35,997 nucleotides of DNA. Origin: an uncultured Sangeribacter sp. (GTDB taxonomy: Bacteria; Bacteroidota; Bacteroidia; Bacteroidales; Muribaculaceae). The notes below the pieces were generated by a model. The model did not search any database. It was not told where the DNA came from and was given only the letters and a program-made list of their open reading frames with translations. Below are positions 27,006 to 35,519 of the stretch, one piece after another (the first letter of the stretch is position 1; every line of letters starts with the position of its first letter). The translations under genes and the position numbers were made by a program. Where the stretch lies: contig CAZAWP010000001.1 in assembly GCA_964488855.1 (NCBI GenBank), positions 1 through 35,997 of the forward strand, read 5' to 3'.

Positions 27006-27474
27006 TGGTTATTCTTTTGCGGCGCGCATTGAGATACTGGATGCGTAACCGGCGGTATCTCTTTACGAGCGTGTTAAAATTAGTTTCGGTGTCCTCTATG
27101 CCCCGCGAGTCCATAAATGATTCTATCAATATCTTTTGTGATGACCCTATTACCCCGCATTTATGCAAAGTAGTGAACAGGTCCACGTCAAAACGGGCGC
27201 GGATGGCATCCATCAGAGCCTCGGTCGCCTTGGGTGAAAAATAATTTTGTATCCACGGTTTCACCCCCGGGGTATGAGGGATGATCACGGCAAGGTCTCC
27301 CGGATCCGGCAACTTCGGGGTGTCGTTGGCACGGGGCGATCGCACGAACTGCTGCACGATCTTTGATTCTATCGACCCCTTGAAGAGCCTTACCGGTTCG
27401 ACACCTCCCATCGAATTGACAAACCATTGCCGGAGGTAGGGTTCCATTTTGAGATATATGTAATTTTCATTCAT
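26941..27474 (-). CDS. Hypothetical protein, candidate late-gene regulator
   Basis: 177 aa with basic C-terminal helix (TLVKRYRRLR), located between the origin and the head genes; function inferred from position. Confidence 0.55.
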   Translation of the reverse strand: MNENYIYLKMEPYLRQWFVNSMGGVEPVRLFKGSIESKIVQQFVRSPRANDTPKLPDPGDLAVIIPHTPGVKPWIQNYFSPKATEALMDAIRARFDVDLFTTLHKCGVIGSSQKILIESFMDSRGIEDTETNFNTLVKRYRRLRIQYLNARRKRITNECKSAELSGSEKDLDGDRSK

Positions 27475-27665
27475 GTTTGCGGTTGCAGTTTGAAATCATT
27501 CTAAATAAGGAATTTTCAATTAAATATACAAAAAAAATGGCAATTTTACAATTTATTTAACTGATTATTAATGTATTAATTGGTAAAATCACGTAAAAAA
27601 GGGTCGGGCAGAAAAATAGGGGTCAAAAATTTTTTGCACTCAGATGTCTATTTAGAAACGCATTT

Positions 27666-27887
27666 AAGTGTGCTAACTGTGCTACCGTATGTAACTTATT
27701 ATCATACAGCTATTTAAGTAGCACAATCAGGGGTGTGCTATCGGTTGTGCTGAAGTGTGCTGAAGTGTGCTAAGCACAGTTAGCACACCCTTAGCACACC
27801 TTTAGCACACTTCAAATTGCGGGAAGTGTGCTATAATAAATGTAATACTTTTAATCATTTACACAGCAATAGCACAGTAGCACACTT
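27666..27887. repeat. Iteron cluster, probable phage replication origin
   Basis: 7 x TGTGCT and 7 x AGCACA arranged roughly symmetrically about ~27772, with AT-rich flanks. Confidence 0.75.
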
Positions 27888-28044
27888 ATTATGCCGCTTT
27901 ATTTAGATAAAAATAAAAGAATAATATATAAAAATATTTATCTATCCGCGCAGCGAAAAATTTTTAACCGACATTCCCCGAAAAAATAAGGCAAGGAAAT
28001 GGTGCGGTCGAATGCCATCGACGCCCCGCATAAAGACCCCTCCA

Positions 28045-28884
28045 TCAAGAACCGGAATCCCCGGCGGCGTGATTAAGTTCATTTATTATCTCGCGTTCAT
28101 AATCGGTCAGAGTCCATGTAATAGTTTTCTTCGCCTTTTCGGCTGCTGCTTTCTCGGCTGCTGCCTTCTCGGCTGCTACCTTCTCGGCTGCTGCCTTCTC
28201 GGCTGCTGCCTTCTCGGATATTAACCACCCTCCACCATAAAGCTCCTTGCCTGCGGTCTTCATGCTCGACAGATGCCGGATAAAACGAGCCTCCTTTTTT
28301 GGGATCCGGAAGGATAGCCCGTTTTTTGCGCCCGACTGAAGACGGGCCGAAGTTATGACTGTATCAGGAATATCATAAGAGGGGGTCTCTACCGTTTTCT
28401 TTTGAACCTCTTTCAGGCTTCGTGTCAGATCCCCGGCGACCCATACCCGGGTGCCGTCGCAATCAAGATTGGTGACGAATGAGGTCGGAACCTTAGCTCC
28501 GTTTTCGTATTCAATCGGTCCTCCGCACACTATACAAGTCACATCCCTACAACTGGAACAGCTGCCGACGGTAAGGGTCGGAGCAAATAGGAAGAACCGG
28601 ATACCGCGACCGATATAATGATCTAAGATTTTTGAGAGTATCGAGAAGGGAGGGTTATCGAGGACTATGCACCCGGGTGGGTAATCATAATTTTCATAGT
28701 CACCACCGGGATAGAACGGGCGGACTACCGGGACACCCTCCAAACTGCAAATATTATCATTTACCCATTCCCTGATGGCATCATATACCCGGGGAGGTGT
28801 ATAACAATCATCGGTGGTCTTCTTGGGTTTGAATTTATCGACAAACCCCTCATAATCTTCTAACTTTTCTTTCTTTGAACTCAT
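28045..28884 (-). CDS. DNA adenine methyltransferase-like protein with C-terminal AAAEK repeats
   Basis: DDCYTP and DNPPFS motifs; probable start MSSKKEK (28884). Confidence 0.65.
   Translation of the reverse strand: MSSKKEKLEDYEGFVDKFKPKKTTDDCYTPPRVYDAIREWVNDNICSLEGVPVVRPFYPGGDYENYDYPPGCIVLDNPPFSILSKILDHYIGRGIRFFLFAPTLTVGSCSSCRDVTCIVCGGPIEYENGAKVPTSFVTNLDCDGTRVWVAGDLTRSLKEVQKKTVETPSYDIPDTVITSARLQSGAKNGLSFRIPKKEARFIRHLSSMKTAGKELYGGGWLISEKAAAEKAAAEKVAAEKAAAEKAAAEKAKKTITWTLTDYEREIINELNHAAGDSGS
28133..28217. repeat. 15-bp coding tandem repeat (EKAAA)
   Basis: GGCTGCTGCCTTCTC-like unit x5 plus a partial copy. Confidence 0.9.
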
Positions 28885-29009
28885 GGCTAAAAATTTTATG
28901 AATCCAAAGAAAAACACCGCTCCCCTCCCTGCAAAAGACACCGCGCCGATGACATAGACGCGACTGCCTTGGAAGATAATTAATCAAGCATACGCGGCAC
29001 AAAATAAAT

Positions 29010-29054
29010 GAAAAATAGAAGCGCGATTGATGGCAGTACATCAATCGCGCTTCT
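29010..29054 (-). terminator. Terminator of the DUF5053 cassette
   Basis: Perfect 16-bp stem (29017-29032 / 29039-29054) followed by ATTTTT on the minus strand. Confidence 0.75.
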
Positions 29055-29090
29055 CATCGGATTATATTAAGTGAGTGATGAAAATACTAA

Positions 29091-29429
29091 TTACAGATTA
29101 TCCGATAAAATCTGTATTTCGTAGGCTATAGTATCGAGAGCGTCTTTTAATTTTTGTCTTTCTTTCGGTGTGAAATCATCCGGCTTGCCATTCCGGATGT
29201 CATGGTTAATCTTGTGGCATAACCAGGACCGTGATTTTCCGAAGAACCGGTCAGCAATGTAGGATATTTTAAGCACCTTGAGAATGTCCTGCTCCTTTAA
29301 CTCGAAGACCGCCTTATCCGCTGGGATACCATCTCTTTTTATGCGTGCAAGAACCTCATCGGCATACCGCTGGCCCTCCTCCGATTGAGCACGTTCAATA
29401 ATCTCGTCAATTAATTCTTTATTTTCCAT
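29091..29429 (-). CDS. DUF5053-like HTH protein (putative antitoxin/regulator)
   Basis: ISYIA..FFGKSRSWL..KIN....NGK...FT..E...LK.AL motif. Confidence 0.75.
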   Translation of the reverse strand: MENKELIDEIIERAQSEEGQRYADEVLARIKRDGIPADKAVFELKEQDILKVLKISYIADRFFGKSRSWLCHKINHDIRNGKPDDFTPKERQKLKDALDTIAYEIQILSDNL

Positions 29430-29481
29430 ATCATTTAATTTTAATTAACCGCTCCCCCCGGAGGGGGAGGGTTAGTGTTGA

Positions 29482-29622
29482 TTAGACTTGTGTCAGCTCT
29501 TTGACTATTGCTCTGATGTAGTCTCTGAGGATTCTTTTGTCGCTTTTGTCTGTCATAGTCTTAAACTTTAACAGCAGTGCAACCACCTCGATAATTCTGA
29601 TTTTTAATTTTTCATCACTCAT
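29482..29622 (-). CDS. Unannotated 46-aa ORF (putative toxin/partner of DUF5053)
   Basis: MSDEKLKIRIIEVVALLLKFKTMTDKSDKRILRDYIRAIVKELTQV*; A-rich start downstream of a consensus promoter. Confidence 0.6.
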   Translation of the reverse strand: MSDEKLKIRIIEVVALLLKFKTMTDKSDKRILRDYIRAIVKELTQV

Positions 29623-29680
29623 GATTTGTGAATTTTAAATTAATAATTAGGTCTATTAACTCTCTGTCTTAATGACATTA

Positions 29681-29712
29681 CAAATATAATCAACATTTGT
29701 TGATTATACAAA
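29681..29712 (-). promoter_or_regulatory. Sigma-A promoter with overlapping palindromic operator
   Basis: TTTG (29712-29709) - 20 nt - TATATTTG (29688-29681); perfect inverted repeat TATAATCAACA-TT-TGTTGATTATA at 29685-29708. Confidence 0.75.
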
Positions 29713-29750
29713 TATTTTGGTAATTATTTTCATTTTTTTCTTTATATTTC

Positions 29751-29790
29751 AAAAAAATGACCGCCCCGGTTGGATATTGCCGGGACGGTC
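29751..29790 (-). terminator. Terminator after the serine recombinase
   Basis: GACCGTCCCGG-loop-CCGGGGCGGTC followed by A and T7. Confidence 0.7.
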
Positions 29791-29862
29791 TTGCTCTAAT
29801 TATGTAAAATATAAAATTATATATTGCTTATATAAAAGTTTTGTTCTACCCTTTACCCTGGG

Positions 29863-30723
29863 TTATTTACGTTTCTTGATTTTTAATTGACCATGTTTGC
29901 GATAGAGATTGTTAAACGAATTATCGCAATATATGGTGTCATAAACCTGTTCATAAGTGTATTCCGGGAATTGCTCTGCTATCTGAGGGATGGTGAGATC
30001 ACATTCTATTAGATACCCGAGTTTTCTTCTGTCAATATCTTTTATTACTTCATAATCCCCATCTTTATAGCTGGATGGACGCGGTCTCTTGTCTAACCGT
30101 TCAATATACGCCGAATATTTTACACCCCACCGATGAAGCCATCTCTGTAAAGTATTGCGGTCTACTCCGAAGTTTTGAGCTAAACGCCTTTCCGGGACAC
30201 CCCATTTAAACTGCTCTATTACTTGATCTTTTTTCTCACTCAGATCAGTTATGGGGGCCGAAGCTAAAATCCCCGGTGGTCTACCAAGCAATATACCCTG
30301 TTTCACTCTTAATCTCAACCCCTCTTTAGTACGTTGCCGGATCATCTGACGCTCGATCTCAGCCGAAAGACCAAAGGCAAAGGCAAGAACCTTGCTCTGT
30401 ATATCATCACCCAAAACAAAGCGGTCCTTGACTGTATATATTATACATCCCCGTTCCATGCAAAAATGCAGAATATCCATTACCATGTACAAGTCACGGC
30501 CTAAGCGACTGATTTCCGAACTTATAATGATGTCCTCTTTTTGTACAATCTTGAGCAACGGTCCAAGATTGCGTTTATCGGGATTCTTGCCACCACTCAC
30601 CCCCTCGTCTGTGATATATCTGTCGATAGTCCACCCTTTATCTTTTGCAAACTGGTCGACTCCTTGTTTCTGGGAGTTCACATCCTGATCATCGGAACTT
30701 ACCCTTAAATATCCGTATATCAT
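29863..30723 (-). CDS. Serine recombinase (resolvase/invertase family) with extended HTH C-terminus
   Basis: MIYGYLRVSS..Q, SEISRLGR, AEIER..IRQRTKEGL, LGRP, followed by two HTH-like segments. Confidence 0.9.
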   Translation of the reverse strand: MIYGYLRVSSDDQDVNSQKQGVDQFAKDKGWTIDRYITDEGVSGGKNPDKRNLGPLLKIVQKEDIIISSEISRLGRDLYMVMDILHFCMERGCIIYTVKDRFVLGDDIQSKVLAFAFGLSAEIERQMIRQRTKEGLRLRVKQGILLGRPPGILASAPITDLSEKKDQVIEQFKWGVPERRLAQNFGVDRNTLQRWLHRWGVKYSAYIERLDKRPRPSSYKDGDYEVIKDIDRRKLGYLIECDLTIPQIAEQFPEYTYEQVYDTIYCDNSFNNLYRKHGQLKIKKRK

Positions 30724-30762
30724 GTGTTGAAACTAACGTTGTAACCTTAAAATGTTTTAACC

Positions 30763-33700
30763 TTAAAAAATACTTTTTGGAAAATCGGCGGTCTTCAGAT
30801 CTTCGGTGGAGGCGACGACTATAAAGGTCTTGCCGTTGGTGACATCTCGCTCCCCGATGAATATCGGTTTATCTTTCTTGCCGAAGGCTTGCCACGCATC
30901 ATAGTCCAGACCGTCTTTGTTTTTCTTGCCGGGATTAAAATGCAGATTGCGATATTCGCAATATGCCAATAATTTATCCTTGAAGTTATATGCGGTGATA
31001 TACTTGAGTTGTCCCGGGTACTCATGGTGAAAGTTGTCAAACGCCTCTTTGCGCTCGATCTTGACATTACGGTGCCCTGCCGAGGGGTCAAAGTAACCAT
31101 CCGCCCATTCGAGGAAGGTGTCTCCCATGGTCTGACGCAGTATGCGGGCGCGGATATTATCCTGAGGTGGATGGATGATGCCTCCCTTCTTCTCCCATTT
31201 GTCACGCTTACACCGTAGATAGAGCATGACACATTCAGCCATAAAGTTGTCAAAGAGATTCCACTGGTACTCATCCCAGTCGTCAAATAATTTATGGTCA
31301 AATTCCATCTCGGGGGTATAATCGTAATTGTAATAACTCGAAAAAGCGAGCAGCTCTAAGCGGTCTTTTGTCGAGTCATCCATGTCGCTTATCGAGAAAT
31401 TAGTGGTTATTACAATCTTTGGCGCTTCACTGAATGGGATACTAAATATTGCACCCTGCTTGATATTGACAGACATGTCGCCGGTGAGATCTGTATAGAG
31501 CCTCTTAATCGGGAAATTTGGTTCTATGTCATCAAAAAATATATTGCGGGTGGTGGTTCTGACTGTTGAATACATAAACTTAGTATCCAACTGCTTGCCT
31601 CCTACATACAATTGCTCGGTAATATATTTAAGCGATGATGCGAATATGGATTTGCCCGATCGACCGTTAGCCTTGAATGTCTCGGAGATCCTGCCGTCGG
31701 TCAATATTATTGCCTTTGCCTCCGTCGGGTCTTTGTAATCTGTCAAAAGATACCCCAGGGCTGTCATCTTGGAGGCGAGGTGCCGGAGGAGTTTGTTGCG
31801 CTGGTCGGCTGTCAATGCCGGCGGATTATCATCACCACCCTTCTGCCAATAATTGCAAGAATTGACAATGTAATCAAGGAACTCACAGTTCTCACCCTCC
31901 TCGGTGGCATAGATGGTAAAATTACCCTCCGCGTCTTTCTCAAATGTCTTGATAATCGGCACCCGGGTGAAGTTGCGTTTGATAATCCGCGATTCCCATA
32001 CGGGGCCGATGACAGGACCGCAGACAATCTCGTCGGCGGTAATCCGGATTTGAACATTACTGTAATGTCGTTGCTGGTAATCCGGCTCGTAAAAGTTGAA
32101 GTTATCCGGAAGCTGTGCCATACCCTCCAAAAATGTCTCGTTGATGATAGTGCCGATTCTTGATAATATGTGGTTTATCACTAACGTATCACCCTCCGCA
32201 TACGTACGGACGAAATCTCTTACAAAATTTCTGACCTTAAACACGGGGCATGTCTCGACGACCCCGTTCTCGATACGGCAGACCTTAAAAGAATCATCCC
32301 CGGTTTCCCGGGTCTGTATAATCCTGAAGCCGTTGCTGTCAAGAAATTTATAAAGAGCCTCGTACATGATGGTTACGGACTTCTCCCCGCTCTCCTTCTC
32401 GGTAACGACCCATATCGGATCTTTGAGGGATACGGACTTCGGGATGAGTTCGCCGCTGTCGCTGCGAACATACTTCACCCGGTTAAACATCAGCTCCGTA
32501 AAATCCTTGATACGGTCGCGGTGTTTCTCAAAGAAGTCTTTTGGAGACTTCAGAGACCAAAGGTCGTAAATCTGGAAATCCGACAGTGAAGACAGCTTAT
32601 GGAACGAGGCATATACACCCTGACCGTTATGCGTCTTCATGGCTTGGCGTATATCCTCGATCAGCTCGTCTTCATGACAATTGAGGGTACCGCATAAAAG
32701 GTCGTCGATGCCCTTGTCGCCGGCTGCGTTATGGTTGATATGACCGCACCATACATCTATAGACAAATCAGAGTTGTGGAGGGTCTCGATATACGTCTTG
32801 AACTTGATGGCAGCACCGGCGAACTGACGAGGGCGCGCGTCGATAGATTTACGGGGGTCTATCTCCCGGGAGAGGTTATCCCAGTCGGCATCAAACAACA
32901 ATACGATGTTGCGGACCTTACAGGTTCTTGCTAAAATCTGAAGGTCGTGGATAAGTCCGGAATCCTTATTGCCGATATTATAAATGCCCTGGATTGCTAT
33001 GGAGTCGATGCCATGCTTACAGGCCTTCTCCGCTTTTTTCTCCCCCTCCTGGATAAACAGCGTCTCGATGGTTTCCTCTCTCTTGAACTTAGACCGGATA
33101 GACTGCGGAAAATAAAAGCGGGCTTCCGCTCCCCGAGGTGATTCATACTTTATAGGTTTGCCGCTTTTGTCCTTATGGAAATCCGGGAATGACCACCTGA
33201 CACGCACCAGATCCCGGGGAGCCTTGCCATTCCCGGGGGTGTACTTCATCGGCAGACCGTAGAGGTCATAATAGTAGATGAGCATATCATCGTCGGTGGT
33301 GTTGTAGACGTTGGACCGCTTACCACCCCGGCGGAATGTCGGCAACATCTCGACACCATGAGAGGTCTGCACCTCCGCCATGATGTCCTCGACGGTCAGA
33401 CCGGATAGACTCAGCTGCTTCTCACAAAACGACATCTCTCCTACCGCATCGGCAGCCTTCTCACTCTGAGGGACGAGCTGGTAACCGCACTTGGAGGCAA
33501 CCGTCTCAAGAGCCTCGGTAAATTTGGTGCCGGCATAGTGCATCTCGGCGGCAATGGCACCGTTAAGGCTGAAACCACACTCAAAACACTTCGCCAGATC
33601 CTTGGTAGTAGTATGAGTTATCTTGAGACCTTTTCTTTTACCATTGGCTCCACACGCCGGACACTTGGCATAGTACTCACTGCCATATCGCGTCTGATCC

Positions 33701-33774
33701 GGTATATGGTCGCGAATATCAGCCTGCCGGCGAACCTGTTCTATGTCGTACTCGCTGTATTTTGTATAGTTCAT
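30763..33774 (-). CDS. Primase-helicase replication protein
   Basis: N-terminal zinc finger (CPAC...CFEC), TOPRIM (QEGEKKA, FDAD, KGIDD), P-loop NGRSGKS and FFDD. Confidence 0.88.
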   Translation of the reverse strand: MNYTKYSEYDIEQVRRQADIRDHIPDQTRYGSEYYAKCPACGANGKRKGLKITHTTTKDLAKCFECGFSLNGAIAAEMHYAGTKFTEALETVASKCGYQLVPQSEKAADAVGEMSFCEKQLSLSGLTVEDIMAEVQTSHGVEMLPTFRRGGKRSNVYNTTDDDMLIYYYDLYGLPMKYTPGNGKAPRDLVRVRWSFPDFHKDKSGKPIKYESPRGAEARFYFPQSIRSKFKREETIETLFIQEGEKKAEKACKHGIDSIAIQGIYNIGNKDSGLIHDLQILARTCKVRNIVLLFDADWDNLSREIDPRKSIDARPRQFAGAAIKFKTYIETLHNSDLSIDVWCGHINHNAAGDKGIDDLLCGTLNCHEDELIEDIRQAMKTHNGQGVYASFHKLSSLSDFQIYDLWSLKSPKDFFEKHRDRIKDFTELMFNRVKYVRSDSGELIPKSVSLKDPIWVVTEKESGEKSVTIMYEALYKFLDSNGFRIIQTRETGDDSFKVCRIENGVVETCPVFKVRNFVRDFVRTYAEGDTLVINHILSRIGTIINETFLEGMAQLPDNFNFYEPDYQQRHYSNVQIRITADEIVCGPVIGPVWESRIIKRNFTRVPIIKTFEKDAEGNFTIYATEEGENCEFLDYIVNSCNYWQKGGDDNPPALTADQRNKLLRHLASKMTALGYLLTDYKDPTEAKAIILTDGRISETFKANGRSGKSIFASSLKYITEQLYVGGKQLDTKFMYSTVRTTTRNIFFDDIEPNFPIKRLYTDLTGDMSVNIKQGAIFSIPFSEAPKIVITTNFSISDMDDSTKDRLELLAFSSYYNYDYTPEMEFDHKLFDDWDEYQWNLFDNFMAECVMLYLRCKRDKWEKKGGIIHPPQDNIRARILRQTMGDTFLEWADGYFDPSAGHRNVKIERKEAFDNFHHEYPGQLKYITAYNFKDKLLAYCEYRNLHFNPGKKNKDGLDYDAWQAFGKKDKPIFIGERDVTNGKTFIVVASTEDLKTADFPKSIF

Positions 33775-33790
33775 ATATTACCCCCCCCGA

Positions 33791-33982
33791 TCATAGCCCA
33801 TAATTTACAAGAATTTTACTGATTTTACGGCGCTTCTCGTATGGAATTTTAGTTCTTCCTGCTCTCCAGTTTTGGACTACTCCCCCGGATACTTTAGTTG
33901 CCTGTGCAAGGTCTATGATAACTTGCTTCCGTGTTTCTGTATCAAGGTTCTTTAAATTAATTAAACGATTTTTAATTCTCAT
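33791..33982 (-). CDS. Cro-like HTH protein
   Basis: 63 aa, LAQATKVSGGVVQNWRAG HTH; divergent from the CI-like gene. Confidence 0.7.
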   Translation of the reverse strand: MRIKNRLINLKNLDTETRKQVIIDLAQATKVSGGVVQNWRAGRTKIPYEKRRKISKILVNYGL

Positions 33983-34009
33983 ATACGTATAATATTTTAA
34001 ATAAATTAT

Positions 34010-34071
34010 TATATTTGTGGCGCAAAACAGTTACATATCTGTAACTCGTCACGTTTACGTTTGCAAATATA
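34010..34071. promoter_or_regulatory. Lysis/lysogeny switch: face-to-face promoters and operator
   Basis: TATATTTG on + (34010-34017) and on - (34071-34064); palindrome AGTTACA-TATC-TGTAACT (34029-34046) between them. Confidence 0.65.
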
Positions 34072-34092
34072 TATATTCATCATTAATAATTA

Positions 34093-34521
34093 ATGTTTAT
34101 GTCAAATTCATTAACATTCATTAACAAAATAGATTCGGGTAAATTCTTTAGTCAGAAGATTAAAGAACTTAAAGTCACAAGAAAGGAGCTTAGCAGTAGA
34201 CTAAATATTTCTCCTTCCGGAGTAACACGCATTCTAAATACGGAGAATATAACCATTAATCATTTCATCGAGGTTTGTAATGCTTTGGGTATTAATCCTA
34301 TAGAAATATTTAAAAACTCCGGAGAAGAGGGGAAGGTCTCAATAGGCAATGTTAAGCAGCACAATTATTCCGGTTCCAACAATGTCAATATCTCATCTGC
34401 ATCGCTTGACTTATTAGTAAATCAGTTAGCGGAAAAGGATAAATTAATTTCTGAAAAAGATAACATGATCGCCGAGAAAGAACGTTTCATTCAACATTTA
34501 TTGAGCGTAAAGTCAATTTAA
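34093..34521 (+). CDS. CI-like XRE-family repressor
   Basis: TRKELSSRLNISPSGVTRIL HTH and C-terminal coiled coil EKDKLISEKD; no peptidase domain. Confidence 0.8.
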   Translation: MFMSNSLTFINKIDSGKFFSQKIKELKVTRKELSSRLNISPSGVTRILNTENITINHFIEVCNALGINPIEIFKNSGEEGKVSIGNVKQHNYSGSNNVNISSASLDLLVNQLAEKDKLISEKDNMIAEKERFIQHLLSVKSI

Positions 34522-34635
34522 TTTAACACATATGTGTTGTAAAATCTTAATCCAATCTCATAATTAACAATCATTTAGCAACAAATTGGATTACAATTTT
34601 TCATGAATTAGAGACACTTTTGCACATATATGCAA

Positions 34636-34654
34636 AATCCCTGTCTCTCCGCCA
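34636..34654 (+). repeat. attR
   Basis: AATCCCTGTCTCTCCGCCA, duplicating the tRNA-Ser 3' end. Confidence 0.9.
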
Positions 34655-34658
34655 ACAA

Positions 34659-34700
34659 TAAATCCGCTGTAACTCACAAAGTTACGGCGGATTTAATTTT
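34659..34700 (+). terminator. Hairpin terminator displaced from the tRNA by integration
   Basis: TAAATCCGCTGTAACT-CACAA-AGTTACGGCGGATTTA followed by ATTTTT. Confidence 0.7.
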
Positions 34701-34794
34701 ATACCCCTCCACTACTTTTACAACTTACGCCCCTATCCCTTCTAAAAATCAAGCACTGTATTTTTGTCTTGCGTCGGATACACCCTCCTTCTAA

Positions 34795-35490
34795 TTACTT
34801 TATTATTATCCAACGACCGCCATTCTTATCGCCTTCGCGTATTAAAACTCCTGACACTTGTAATTTTGCAATGTCTCGTTCGATGGTTCTATCCGATACT
34901 GACAACTTCTCTGAAAGTTGCACTGCGGTAATAAATGGATCGCTCTTGATGATTTCAAGTATTGCATTGTACCTTTCAGCAATTTTTTTCTGAGTCGTGG
35001 TTAATGCATTCTTTCCGACATTCTTTCCGACATCGCTTCCGACATCGCTTCCGACATTATCTACGCCACTATCTACGCCATTATCTACGCCACTATCTCC
35101 GACATTATCTACGCCACTATCTCCGACATTTTCTCCGACATTTTTATTAAGTCGCTTAAAGACTGTACGTTCTATTAATATTTGGACACCGCCAAAATGA
35201 TCTACGACAGTGGGTATTGGCAGCCCTTTATTCTTGAAGCCCGTGTATATCTTATTATAGCCCCGTCCCCAAGTGTCAATAAATCCTGCCTTAAACATTG
35301 CCCCGGCAATCTTAGGATTACGAGGTCTCGACGGATGGTTGGCATATAATGTATCAGCCGTATAGCCTTCAGGAAGACTACCGTCATTCCATATTTCTAT
35401 TCGGTCATCATATACGTGCATTTGAATTGCCGGTCCCATATAATTTTTATGAGCAATCGCATTATAGACTATTTCTCGCAATGCTTCCAT
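34795..35490 (-). pseudogene. 5'-truncated HATPase_c_4 + HTH protein ('RecG C-terminal'-like regulator)
   Basis: Begins mid-domain at IP(M)EALREIVYNAIAH with an in-frame stop five codons upstream; PRNP.IA and GRGY motifs; C-terminal HTH. Confidence 0.65.
35007..35142. repeat. 12-bp coding tandem repeat (~11 units)
   Basis: CATTCTTTCCGA / CATCGCTTCCGA / CAYTATCTACGC variants encoding NVG[EDKS] / SGVD tetrapeptides. Confidence 0.9.
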
Positions 35491-35519
35491 AGGAATTATG
35501 ACTTATAGGTCAAAATTAT

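Larger units (their letters stand above)
313..34654. mobile_element. Integrated temperate tailed prophage (~34.3 kb) at tRNA-Ser
   Basis: att direct repeats at both ends; integrase, terminase, portal, capsid, protease, tape measure, lysis, replication and repressor genes in between. Confidence 0.95.

Noticed and set aside
34628-34638. 11-nt match (ATATGCAAAAT) between the array guide at 10900-10910 and the att-proximal region
   Set aside because: Short, AT-rich and not at a gene start; compatible with chance.
34962-35200. Plus-strand ORFs with RHYL / PLST repeats
   Set aside because: Alternate-frame readings of the 12-bp tandem repeat in the minus-strand gene.
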